Below are positions 17,134 to 24,981 of a stretch of 32,000 nt of DNA, one piece after another. The DNA comes from Candidatus Korarchaeum cryptofilum OPF8 (GTDB taxonomy: Archaea > Korarchaeota > Korarchaeia > Korarchaeales > Korarchaeaceae), in the NCBI RefSeq assembly GCF_000019605.1, contig NC_010482.1:1470001-1502000 (forward strand), in the 5' to 3' direction. The position numbers and the translations under genes were made by a program. The notes under the pieces were generated by a model that had not been told where the DNA came from, did not search any database, and saw nothing but the letters and a program-made list of their open reading frames with translations. Within the stretch, counting starts at the first letter, position 1, and each line of letters begins with the position of its first letter.

Positions 17134-18311
17134 AAGCCCAAGGGATAATAATTCACCCTTCCTTAGGAATTTTTATAATTTTAGCCTCTATAATGATCTT
17201 CGGTTCAATTAAATTCGGTTTATCCTATCAATGGCTCCTCGCCTCCCTCTCCGGCCTCGCTTCATTCACACTAGGCGCTGCCTCAGCGAACCGCTTGGGC
17301 ATCAAGTTCCTGATGATCTCATCGGAGATAGCACTCTTTACAATCCTATCTTTCTCATTTTTGAGGATAGCAGGGTATTACTCATTCATAATCTCATTTC
17401 TATGGCTGATAGTCGCGAACATATCCTCATTACTCATCAGGACGAAGGAAATGAGGGTACCGATATATTCAATACCCATATTCATCCTAGGCGCATCCCT
17501 CGTCATCTACTCCTACCTCAAGATCCCGAATATCGCTGAGCTGAGGGCCTCGCCAAGCGTACCGATTGAGGGAGCGTTCGGGATGTTCTTAATCTTCATA
17601 TCATATCCAAGTATCTTCTCTTGGATTTCAGAGTCAAATTCAATTTATGCAGCATTATTCTCAATAGCTGGCATATCCCTCATGCTCCTCCACGGCTTCA
17701 GAGCGGATGCTATTCTAGTGATACTCTCGACGTTCCTCCTAGTCTGGAGGAGGAATAAGCGTCTCTCATACCTCCTCCTAGTATCCGTACTGCTCCTCTA
17801 CATAGGGGTAGATGTGATTAGGACTAAGCTAGCGATATCAGCTATCGAGAGACCCATCTTCCGACTCAGCACGACTTACTACTACTCTAAGGAGCTGGCA
17901 TCATATTTCTTCAAGCTAATTCCTATAGAACCATTCTGGCTTACCTCCATACCGCTGCATCAATCTCAGACAATAGGAAGGGGGATCTTCGGTAAGGATT
18001 TCGGGATAACCCCAACGATATTCATCGGGATGCTCATGGACCTCGGCTTCATCGGGATGCTGCTCCTATCCTTCCTCATAGGCTCGGTAGCTGGTCACTC
18101 CTATATGAAGTTCATCTCGGGGGACGATGAATTTTCATACCCTATAATCTGGCCCATTATAATAACTAGAACGGAGATAGGGCTGACTCAGCTCGATCTC
18201 GCCCTTATATTCGGGTCCACTATATTCTCCCTCTTGCTTAACTTTTTTAATGGATCGCGTAGCTCTCAGAGGAGGGTAGGAGAATGCCGTACTACTACCA
18301 CGGTCCCGTGA
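17130..18311 (+). CDS. Polytopic membrane protein, Wzy/O-antigen-polymerase-like (paralogue 2)
   Basis: The ATG at 17130 overlaps the previous stop (ATGA). About 10 TM segments. The motifs LLHGFRADAILVILSTFLLVWRRNK and TPTIFIGMLMDLGFIGMLL match paralogue 1. The track's longer ORF from 16911 is an out-of-frame overlap with gene 1 and is rejected. Confidence 0.6.
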   Translation: MKAQGIIIHPSLGIFIILASIMIFGSIKFGLSYQWLLASLSGLASFTLGAASANRLGIKFLMISSEIALFTILSFSFLRIAGYYSFIISFLWLIVANISSLLIRTKEMRVPIYSIPIFILGASLVIYSYLKIPNIAELRASPSVPIEGAFGMFLIFISYPSIFSWISESNSIYAALFSIAGISLMLLHGFRADAILVILSTFLLVWRRNKRLSYLLLVSVLLLYIGVDVIRTKLAISAIERPIFRLSTTYYYSKELASYFFKLIPIEPFWLTSIPLHQSQTIGRGIFGKDFGITPTIFIGMLMDLGFIGMLLLSFLIGSVAGHSYMKFISGDDEFSYPIIWPIIITRTEIGLTQLDLALIFGSTIFSLLLNFFNGSRSSQRRVGECRTTTTVP

Positions 18312-18688
18312 TGCCTGGGGGCAGGAAGCCGACAGGTGGAAAGATAAGGGTCAGTAGAGGGAAGAGGAAGAGAGAGGCGGGAAGGCATCCAGCTTTCACA
18401 ACGATAGGTGAGAGGAGACTCAAGCTAGTGAGGATAAGGGGAGGAGGAGTAAAGCTGAGACTCATATCAGGTAATGAAGTGAACGTAGCGGTGGGAGGGG
18501 GTGTGACGAAGAGGGCTAAGATACTGGGCTTCATAGAGAACCCATCGGATAAGACGCTGAGCAGGAGGGGTATAATAACTAGGGGAGCTTTAGTTAGGAC
18601 AGAGTTAGGGGTTGTGAGGATCACCTCGAGGGCGGGTCAGCACGGTCTACTGAACGGAGTCTTAGTGAGGGAGAACGTTGCATCGTAG
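18284..18688 (+). CDS. rps8e: 30S ribosomal protein S8e (eS8)
   Basis: The segments YHGP..GRKPTGGK, FTTIGE, GGGVKLRL and RRGIITRGALVRTELG..RITSRAGQHG are typical archaeal eS8. AGGAGA precedes the ATG. The N-terminal YHGP aligns with the YQGP of crenarchaeal eS8, which favours 18284 over 18311. Confidence 0.9.
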   Translation: MPYYYHGPVMPGGRKPTGGKIRVSRGKRKREAGRHPAFTTIGERRLKLVRIRGGGVKLRLISGNEVNVAVGGGVTKRAKILGFIENPSDKTLSRRGIITRGALVRTELGVVRITSRAGQHGLLNGVLVRENVAS

Positions 18689-18992
18689 GGAGAGGAAGGT
18701 GATCTATCCATCCTACTTCGACTCAAGATTGAGTAGGAAAGATGGGAGAAGGGTTCCGAGGAGCCTTGCAATAAGGGGGCCAACCCTTCAAGATCTCATA
18801 AATGCCCTAAAATCCCTCTCGATGAGTTTCGATGTGGAGAGGGATAAGGGGAGACCATCTAGATGGTATAAGTTCGAAGGGCGCGTTCTAGTCCATTATG
18901 AGGGGAAAAAGGAGGAGCTCCTCAAGATATTGGCTGAGGAGATGGTGAGGCAGAGGCGTGAGATTTCTGGGAGAAGTGGTCAAGGTAACTAG
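18678..18992 (+). CDS. srp19: Signal recognition particle protein SRP19
   Basis: IYPSYFDSRLSRKDGRRVP is the SRP19 signature. The start is TTG at 18678, or more likely GTG at 18699 just after the rps8e stop and preceded by GGAGAGGAAG. Confidence 0.9.
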   Translation: MHRRERKVIYPSYFDSRLSRKDGRRVPRSLAIRGPTLQDLINALKSLSMSFDVERDKGRPSRWYKFEGRVLVHYEGKKEELLKILAEEMVRQRREISGRSGQGN

Positions 18993-19245
18993 GTCAAGGA
19001 ACTTTCTCGTGAAACTGAAGCCCCCCTTGAAGGAGGATCTAAAAGGTTTCAAAGTGTTACTTGATGATCTATCCTTGGTAGGTATTGTGAGCGATATAAT
19101 AGGGCCAGTTCACGAGCCCTATGCTCTGGTCAAGATACTGATTCCTCTGGAGAGGGCTAAGGATCTCATAGGAAGGAGAGTGTACCTCGCGGAGAAGGGC
19201 GATGAGAGGATCTTGAAACACGGAGAAGATCGCTTATCCTATTGA
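18958..19245 (+). CDS. gar1: H/ACA RNP protein Gar1
   Basis: 95 aa with a GTG start. The pattern LGEVVKVTRSRNFLVKL..PP....V.....LVGIVSDIIGPVHEPYALVK matches archaeal Gar1. Confidence 0.8.
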   Translation: MRFLGEVVKVTRSRNFLVKLKPPLKEDLKGFKVLLDDLSLVGIVSDIIGPVHEPYALVKILIPLERAKDLIGRRVYLAEKGDERILKHGEDRLSY

Positions 19246-19753
19246 ATAAATAGTTGGATATCCTCTCAGAATCCCCTCTCTCGATTATTATGACCTCGGA
19301 GGAGCTCTTCAGCTTCTCTATCTCCTCTATCCTAACTAGGGGTGCTGTACCAACTGAAATTATCTCGGATTCCCATATATCTCTCACTACCTCGAGGAAA
19401 TTCCTTGAAAGGAGCTCCATTTTCCCTATCTCATCGATCACCACTACCTCGCACTCCTCCAGAGCCCTTCTCAATGCAGGTATGGCTATGGACTCGAACC
19501 TCTCGACACTCACTCTGTACTTCGATACTGAGGGGCCCTCCCTGAAGTCCGTCGATGCGAAGATATCAGACTGCCCCGTGAGTATATCCTCGACAGCAAA
19601 GCCCTTCCTTATCCCCCTCTCCCTCAATTCCGGTGTCCTTATACCTCCGACCTTAGTACCACTAGCCCTCAGCTTCTCGAGGAGGAGCATTATGCAGGTG
19701 GACTTCCCAGACCCGGGCCTCCCTATTATAATGAACTTCCCCTCCTTCCTCAT
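19166..19753 (-). CDS. THEP1-family nucleoside-triphosphatase
   Basis: 195 aa with P-loop GRPGSGKST, GFAVEDILTG and Walker B VVVIDEIGKMEL. Confidence 0.85.
   Translation of the reverse strand: MRKEGKFIIIGRPGSGKSTCIMLLLEKLRASGTKVGGIRTPELRERGIRKGFAVEDILTGQSDIFASTDFREGPSVSKYRVSVERFESIAIPALRRALEECEVVVIDEIGKMELLSRNFLEVVRDIWESEIISVGTAPLVRIEEIEKLKSSSEVIIIERGDSERISNYLFNRISDLLRVSRSSHRPSPRGTLSFL
19724..19731 (+). promoter_or_regulatory. Candidate TATA box for trm1, lying inside the THEP1 coding region
   Basis: TATTATAA is centred about 26 nt upstream of the GTG at 19754. This predicts a leaderless trm1 transcript. Confidence 0.35.
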
Positions 19754-20875
19754 GTGAGCTCAAGATTGACGCTGGCCTTACGCTTATATAGAGAGGGTAA
19801 GGTCTCGTTCTACTCTACCGATCTCGAAGAGCTGGCTAAGATGGGATTACCATACACTAAGGCTCCGATCTTCTATAATCCGAGGATGAAGCTCAATAGG
19901 GATGTGACGATCTCAATTTTCTCATCATTATCCCTCAAGAGCGCGGCCGATCTCATGGCAGCATCCGGAGTCAGGGCTCTGAGGCTCAAAGCTGAGGGCG
20001 GGGCAGAAGAAGTTTTTGCATGCGATTCCAACTGCTTATCAGCTCAGATAATAAAGATGAATGTGAAATTAAACAAATTGAGCGGGATTAGGGTGAAATG
20101 TTCTGATGCGAGGCTTGAAGCTGAGAGGATGGCATGGGAAAATGAGAGAGTCGATTACTTAGATCTAGATCCCTTCGGATCTCCAGCTCCCTTCCTGGAC
20201 TCCTTCCTGAGGGCCGTGAAACGCGGGGGTATAATAGGTATCACAGCCACGGATGAGCCTCCCCTATTCGGCATATATCCCGATAAGTTGCTCAGGTATT
20301 ATGGAGTTTGGGGAAAGAAATTACCGTTCTGCAAGGAATTTGGGATAAGATCATTAATATCTTTCACGATAAGGACCGCTGCTAGATTGGACCTGGCAGC
20401 GGAGCCCCTCCTATCCTACGGAGAGGGGCATTACGTGAGAGCTTACTTCAGGATAGAGAGGGGAGCTGAGAGGTCTAAGCATCTCCTGAAGGAGCTAGGA
20501 TGGGTTCTTTACAAAGAAGGGGATTTCGAGATAATTAGAGGGATAGATGAGATGCCTAGGGGGGCAATGGGACCCATCTGGGTTGGAAAAATCGTGGAAC
20601 CTGAATTCCTCGGGAAATTGAGTCCCCTGAATGAGGAAGTTGGGAAGCTATTTGAGAAGCTTAAGGAGGAAGCTGATGGTCCTCCGTTCTATCAAAGGCT
20701 GGACATCATATGTTCTAAGCTGAATATGAGGATCCCCAAACCCAAAATCGTGATAGAGTCCCTCAGGGAGATGGGTCACTTTGCGGCGAGATCTCACCTA
20801 GATCCACTCGGCATTAAGACGACAGCAAAGAGGGAGGAGATAGAGGATCTAATCAGGAAGCTCACTTCTTCCTGA
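19754..20875 (+). CDS. trm1: tRNA (guanine26-N2)-dimethyltransferase Trm1
   Basis: 373 aa with PIFYNPRMKLNRD, the SAM-binding region DLMAASGVRALR and LDLDPFGSPAPFLDS. It has a GTG start (alternative TTG at 19766). Confidence 0.9.
   Translation: MSSRLTLALRLYREGKVSFYSTDLEELAKMGLPYTKAPIFYNPRMKLNRDVTISIFSSLSLKSAADLMAASGVRALRLKAEGGAEEVFACDSNCLSAQIIKMNVKLNKLSGIRVKCSDARLEAERMAWENERVDYLDLDPFGSPAPFLDSFLRAVKRGGIIGITATDEPPLFGIYPDKLLRYYGVWGKKLPFCKEFGIRSLISFTIRTAARLDLAAEPLLSYGEGHYVRAYFRIERGAERSKHLLKELGWVLYKEGDFEIIRGIDEMPRGAMGPIWVGKIVEPEFLGKLSPLNEEVGKLFEKLKEEADGPPFYQRLDIICSKLNMRIPKPKIVIESLREMGHFAARSHLDPLGIKTTAKREEIEDLIRKLTSS
19784..19790 (-). promoter_or_regulatory. Candidate TATA box for the THEP1 gene, lying inside the trm1 coding region
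   Basis: TTATATA is centred about 34 nt upstream of the ATG at 19753 on the minus strand. Confidence 0.35.
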
Positions 20876-21545
20876 AGAGGATCATAGCATGCTTAGGATC
20901 GTATGGGGAGAGATCTATGGATTCGAGGAGCTCATATTTGCCGGTCCCCAGAACCTCCCTCTCCACTCTCTTGTATATCTTCTTAGGGGGGAGCGTGACA
21001 TCTATGCTGCTCGCCTTTACTGCTATAACAGCAACTCCACCGCTCTTCAGAAATAGATCAGCGTTCTTGAGCAGGATATCGACTTGATCCGGTTGAGCAA
21101 CATCCTCATATATGGTATCAACTTCTGTAACGAGCCAACTGTAGCTGTAAGGTCTTCTGGCACTCTCCAGTATTGGAACTATATTCTTCCTATGTTCAGC
21201 TACTCTAAGAAGATCTCTCATCACCCAATGCGCTACCTCGACTCCGAATATAACTCCGCTCTCCTCTATAATATCGCTTATATGTGAGGCAGTTGTGCCC
21301 GAGGCTATGCCGAGGTAGAGGATCCTGGAACCTCTCTTAAAGGGGAAATTCTTAAGTCCATTATATATAGCTGCGGCTAACTTAGATCTCCTCGGGTTCC
21401 ATATCCTGTACTCAACTCCCTGAACTTCCTTCAAGGTCTCATCGTATACCTTGATCCCCGGGGTCAGGTTCCTCGTGGCTAAAAGCTTCTTTCCGTCCAA
21501 AATCCAATAAACATTCTTAAAATTTTCATCCTCCTTTACTCTCAC
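20862..21545 (-). CDS. flpA: Fibrillarin (C/D box sRNP 2'-O-methyltransferase)
   Basis: 227 aa with EYRIWNPRRSKLAAAI, ILYLGIASGTTASHISDI and IYEDVAQPDQ motifs. Its start overlaps the nop5 stop. Confidence 0.95.
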   Translation of the reverse strand: MRVKEDENFKNVYWILDGKKLLATRNLTPGIKVYDETLKEVQGVEYRIWNPRRSKLAAAIYNGLKNFPFKRGSRILYLGIASGTTASHISDIIEESGVIFGVEVAHWVMRDLLRVAEHRKNIVPILESARRPYSYSWLVTEVDTIYEDVAQPDQVDILLKNADLFLKSGGVAVIAVKASSIDVTLPPKKIYKRVEREVLGTGKYELLESIDLSPYDPKHAMILFRKK

Positions 21546-22674
21546 TCTTAAACGCCTCCATGAACTTCTTCAGTTTCTCCTCTATCTCCATCCTCAAGCG
21601 ATCCCCTATGTACTTCCCATCCCCGTAAACATCGACTCTAGCGGCTATAGCTATCTTAGTAGCTAGAAGCCTAGATATCTTCCCCCTCAGGCTCTTCGGT
21701 GCCCCTCTCACTTCTTTAGCTTGGAATAAGACCCCGTGCTTCGGGGGTTTGGCTCCCTTTGTTAGGTGCATGAATATCGCCTTATGAGCCCCCAATATCT
21801 GTATTGAGCTAGCGGGAAGGCTCGCAAGTCTCTCTAGACTTCCTGCAATAGCTATCAATCTAGCACCAACCATAGGGTGAACTACAGCTGATAAGTTCGG
21901 AGCAGCTCTTCTCATCAAATCTTCTATGTAGAGCTCCATTTCCCTCTTAGCTTCATAAAGCTCAAGCCAGCTTAGTGCTGCTCTCCTTATTGCCTGAAGA
22001 TCTATATCACTTAAATCAGCTCCAATAGAATCCCTTGAAGCCTTAATTATCTTCTTAATGATCTTCTCATCGAAACCCGCCTCCTCAAGTATTTTTTGAT
22101 CTAATTTCTTCCTGTTGGGCTCTAAGGATATGAGCTTGATGAAATCGTAGTGATCCTCTATGAGTTCATCGAGCTCAGGGAAGTGTATGGAGTACCACTC
22201 CCTTATCGTAGGAGCTATTATATTCAACGCCTTATTTGAGTGATCGACGAAATCTACGGCCTTTATAACCTGCTGATCTAGAGAACTGAGCCTCTCTCTG
22301 ACACCAGACTTCGAAAGCAAGATGCCCAGCTCATTTAAGAACTGGAAATATTCCTTCTGCTTGATCTCCCCCCATGCTTGCGAAGCGTATCTCAGAGGGG
22401 AGCTCCTGATGATGGAGAAGGGTCTCTCACCCGGGGATAATGTGGAGCTCCTCCCCATCTCATCCAGGATCTCCTTGAGGATTATATCGTTTACTACTAT
22501 CTCCGCATCTATATTCGATAATATCTTATTCAGGGCCTCCCTTAAGAATTCCCTCTCCTGTAGTATCCTCGCGATGGCCTTCTCATCCCTAGGGAAGGGT
22601 ACTAGCTCTAGCATCTTTCCATTCTCATCGAGCAATAAGATGCCATAGGGCTGCATCGCCAGGAATGCTCTCAA
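21526..22674 (-). CDS. nop5: Nop5 (Nop56/58) C/D box sRNP scaffold protein
   Basis: 382 aa with a coiled-coil middle and the Nop domain (NLSAVVHPMVGARLIAIAGSLERLASLPASSIQILGA...KHGVLFQ). It has the conserved nop5-flpA pairing. Confidence 0.93.
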   Translation of the reverse strand: MRAFLAMQPYGILLLDENGKMLELVPFPRDEKAIARILQEREFLREALNKILSNIDAEIVVNDIILKEILDEMGRSSTLSPGERPFSIIRSSPLRYASQAWGEIKQKEYFQFLNELGILLSKSGVRERLSSLDQQVIKAVDFVDHSNKALNIIAPTIREWYSIHFPELDELIEDHYDFIKLISLEPNRKKLDQKILEEAGFDEKIIKKIIKASRDSIGADLSDIDLQAIRRAALSWLELYEAKREMELYIEDLMRRAAPNLSAVVHPMVGARLIAIAGSLERLASLPASSIQILGAHKAIFMHLTKGAKPPKHGVLFQAKEVRGAPKSLRGKISRLLATKIAIAARVDVYGDGKYIGDRLRMEIEEKLKKFMEAFKSESKGG

Positions 22675-22683
22675 GAGGACCCC

Positions 22684-22851
22684 TCAGATCGGATGCTGCC
22701 CTGGCTTCCTATTGAGGACGTACCTTTTGCGGTATAAGATCTTCATCCTGACCCTCGGTGGGGGACTATGCCTCTCCCTAGCCTCTACCTTTGGGGTGAG
22801 CGATCTAACCTTGCCCGCCTTATTGAGGGCACCATGCGTTCCCCTGGGCAT
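22684..22851 (-). CDS. rps30e: 30S ribosomal protein S30e (eS30); 55 aa, below the ORF-track cutoff
   Basis: Hand translation gives MPRGTHGALNKAGKVRSLTPKVEARERHSPPPRVRMKILYRKRYVLNRKPGQHPI. The HG.L.KAGKVR..TPKV....R.....R..Y.RR pattern is the eS30 signature. The stop lies 9 nt before the nop5 start. Confidence 0.85.
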   Translation of the reverse strand: MPRGTHGALNKAGKVRSLTPKVEARERHSPPPRVRMKILYRKRYVLNRKPGQHPI

Positions 22852-22880
22852 TCTCTCACTATGGCTAAGTGAGGCTCTCC

Positions 22881-22890
22881 ATTAATATAT
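22881..22890 (-). promoter_or_regulatory. Candidate TATA box for the rps30e-nop5-flpA unit
   Basis: The minus strand reads ATATATTAAT, centred about 35 nt upstream of the rps30e ATG. Confidence 0.4.
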
Positions 22891-22968
22891 GTTTGCATAT
22901 ACCCGCTGGGCTCCAGCCTCGAGCCCTCCACGAAGCCCTAAGGAAATATGTGATCACTGAAGGAGCTC

Positions 22969-24948
22969 CTAGGTCTCTCCCTTCTCATCTCTCCTCATCA
23001 ACAATAGTCTGTAGTTCTCTATAAGACCCAGTATATCGAATTCCATTCTCTTCTGGGATTCCTTAACTTCTTCGCTTCTAGCGAGCAACTTCAGGGCCTC
23101 ATCCATCGGGATGACTGGAGTCACCCCATTCCAAGCTATCCTATAATTCTCCTCGGAATCGACAAAGATACCCTCCTCCGAAGCCCTCTTCATGAAGTCC
23201 GGAGGCGGAGGGCTTCCCTTGTAGAGTATGATCTTCACTCCCATACCCTTGAGCTTCTTGACTACGCTACTACTGGCTCCTGATGCATCCAAAGCCAGTA
23301 TGGCTTCAGCGCTCTCCGTCATGGAATCTATCTTTTCCTTAGCCAGTGATGAGAGGACCTTTATCTTGATTCCCGGTATCTCACTCCTCTCAGATATCGC
23401 TTTTAGCTGGGACCTGAGGAGTTCATTCTGCCATCTTTCCCTCTCCAGCTCCTTCTCAAGCTCCCTTATCCTAGAATCCCTAGCAGATATTCTCCTATCT
23501 ATCTCTATCTCCAAGTTCTTCATCTCCTCCAAGTATTCTATTCTCCTCCGGAGATCAGAGATCTCCTCATCCTTCCTCCTTATGATTTCCTTGTACCTCT
23601 CTATCTCCTCCCTTAGCTCTCTTATCTTCATAATGAGTCTCTTAACGTAATTATCCGCCCTAGCTAACTCCTTCCTCAACTCAAAGTACTTGGATTCCCC
23701 TCTGACCTCCTTTGAGGAGAACTCCTCCAAGGCTACGGATATGGGTGTCCCCTTCAGGATCTTGCTCAATATGAGATCAGCATCCTTCCCGAGGCCGGCT
23801 TCCTCAATTCTGGCCCTAGCTTTTGCTATCAGATTCTTCGCCTTTTGATAAGCCTTTAAGGCTGCCGCGAGGGAGTCCCTCTCATGGGAGCTCTCAGCCC
23901 TCACTCCCTTCTTCTCCTCAAATTCCATAACTATTTTCCTCTTTTCCTCAGCTTTCATATCATATTTAGCAACAATGAGCCTGGAATCAAACATATTAGC
24001 TATCCTAACCACGCTTTTCGGGGGAGGATTTACATCGGTTGCTATTATGACTGGGTAGCCATGATTCAGGATCTCCTCAATTATCTCTGATCTAGAAGCT
24101 CTCCTCATCGTTTTCAGGGAAAGAACTTCACCATTCAAGTCCATTATCGCTAGACCAACTGACATACCCGGATCTATGCCCACTATCAGCGGCCTGGATT
24201 TGGGCAGCGTTGAGAACTGCTCCCCAGGGAACTTCACTTTGCTCTTCCAGGAGTGCGATAATATTATCCTGAAGGGTGACCACTCACTGCTCTCCTTTAT
24301 GACCCTCCTGACTTCCTCAGGATCCGCGTAAACTATGAATTCAGCTCTCCTAAGTCCCCCCGAAGCTCTCTCAACGTAAAGATCATAGTCAAGATTAGCC
24401 TTATCGAGTTCCGTAGCTATTCTATTTGCCTCGCTCAATATACTGGCCTCTATGGATCTCCTCCATCTATCGCTCCCGGATCCCCCTTGCTTGACGCTCC
24501 TGTTCCTCGTGACCAGTATCCTGGTCTCCGGATACATAGCTACAGCTTCCGTCCCGACGCCGAGCATAGCTAAGTTTGCCACTATTCTAGCCGTGCCGAG
24601 GGGATCGGAGTGGGATGGAGAGGGGAGTCCAGCTTCCTTAGCCACTGAGGATAGTGGCCTTATACCGTTGGGCGATCCGGTAACTTGAATCAGTTTGCAT
24701 TTCGGTGGCAGCTTTTCCATCACCCTCCTTAAATCGCTGGAATCGGAGGCTATCTCGAAAACGTTATCAGTCGCCAGGATGTTCACATCGTACTTCCTCA
24801 GAAGCTCTAATACATCATCGAGGGTCACCTCTTCTGCCTCGAATAAGACCCCTCCCTCTCCGAGGATAGAGATCGAATATAGAGGCTTCCTACTGGACCT
24901 CGGAGATCCGGACTTTATATCTATCCCGGCGACCCTCAAATCCGCCAT
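22969..24948 (-). CDS. DUF460/COG2433-like protein with two RuvC/YqgF-like RNase-H-fold modules, a long coiled coil and a C-terminal domain
   Basis: 659 aa. The pattern G-I-D ... A-T-D occurs twice: VAGIDIKSG...NILATDN and IVGIDPGMSVGLAIMDL...VIIATDVNPPP. Heptad-rich ELREEIERYKEIIRRKDEEISDLRRRIEYLEE...RELEKELERERWQNELLRSQL lies in the middle. Confidence 0.7.
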   Translation of the reverse strand: MADLRVAGIDIKSGSPRSSRKPLYSISILGEGGVLFEAEEVTLDDVLELLRKYDVNILATDNVFEIASDSSDLRRVMEKLPPKCKLIQVTGSPNGIRPLSSVAKEAGLPSPSHSDPLGTARIVANLAMLGVGTEAVAMYPETRILVTRNRSVKQGGSGSDRWRRSIEASILSEANRIATELDKANLDYDLYVERASGGLRRAEFIVYADPEEVRRVIKESSEWSPFRIILSHSWKSKVKFPGEQFSTLPKSRPLIVGIDPGMSVGLAIMDLNGEVLSLKTMRRASRSEIIEEILNHGYPVIIATDVNPPPKSVVRIANMFDSRLIVAKYDMKAEEKRKIVMEFEEKKGVRAESSHERDSLAAALKAYQKAKNLIAKARARIEEAGLGKDADLILSKILKGTPISVALEEFSSKEVRGESKYFELRKELARADNYVKRLIMKIRELREEIERYKEIIRRKDEEISDLRRRIEYLEEMKNLEIEIDRRISARDSRIRELEKELERERWQNELLRSQLKAISERSEIPGIKIKVLSSLAKEKIDSMTESAEAILALDASGASSSVVKKLKGMGVKIILYKGSPPPPDFMKRASEEGIFVDSEENYRIAWNGVTPVIPMDEALKLLARSEEVKESQKRMEFDILGLIENYRLLLMRRDEKGET

Positions 24949-24970
24949 TCAGTTTGATGCCCGATGGATG

Positions 24971-24981
24971 CTTTATTAAAG
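24971..24981. promoter_or_regulatory. Near-palindromic TATA element shared by two divergent genes
   Basis: CTTTATTAAAG is centred at 24976, exactly 28 nt from the minus-strand ATG at 24948 and 28 nt from the plus-strand ATG at 25004. It is the only AT-rich element in the 55-nt spacer. Confidence 0.45.

Noticed and set aside
18311-18313. An ATG at 18311 as the rps8e start. It would make a neat 1-nt TGATG overlap with the membrane gene.
   Set aside because: The upstream ATG at 18284 is preceded by AGGAGA. It also adds an N-terminus (..YYHGP..) that aligns with the YQGP start of other archaeal eS8 proteins, so the longer form is more likely.
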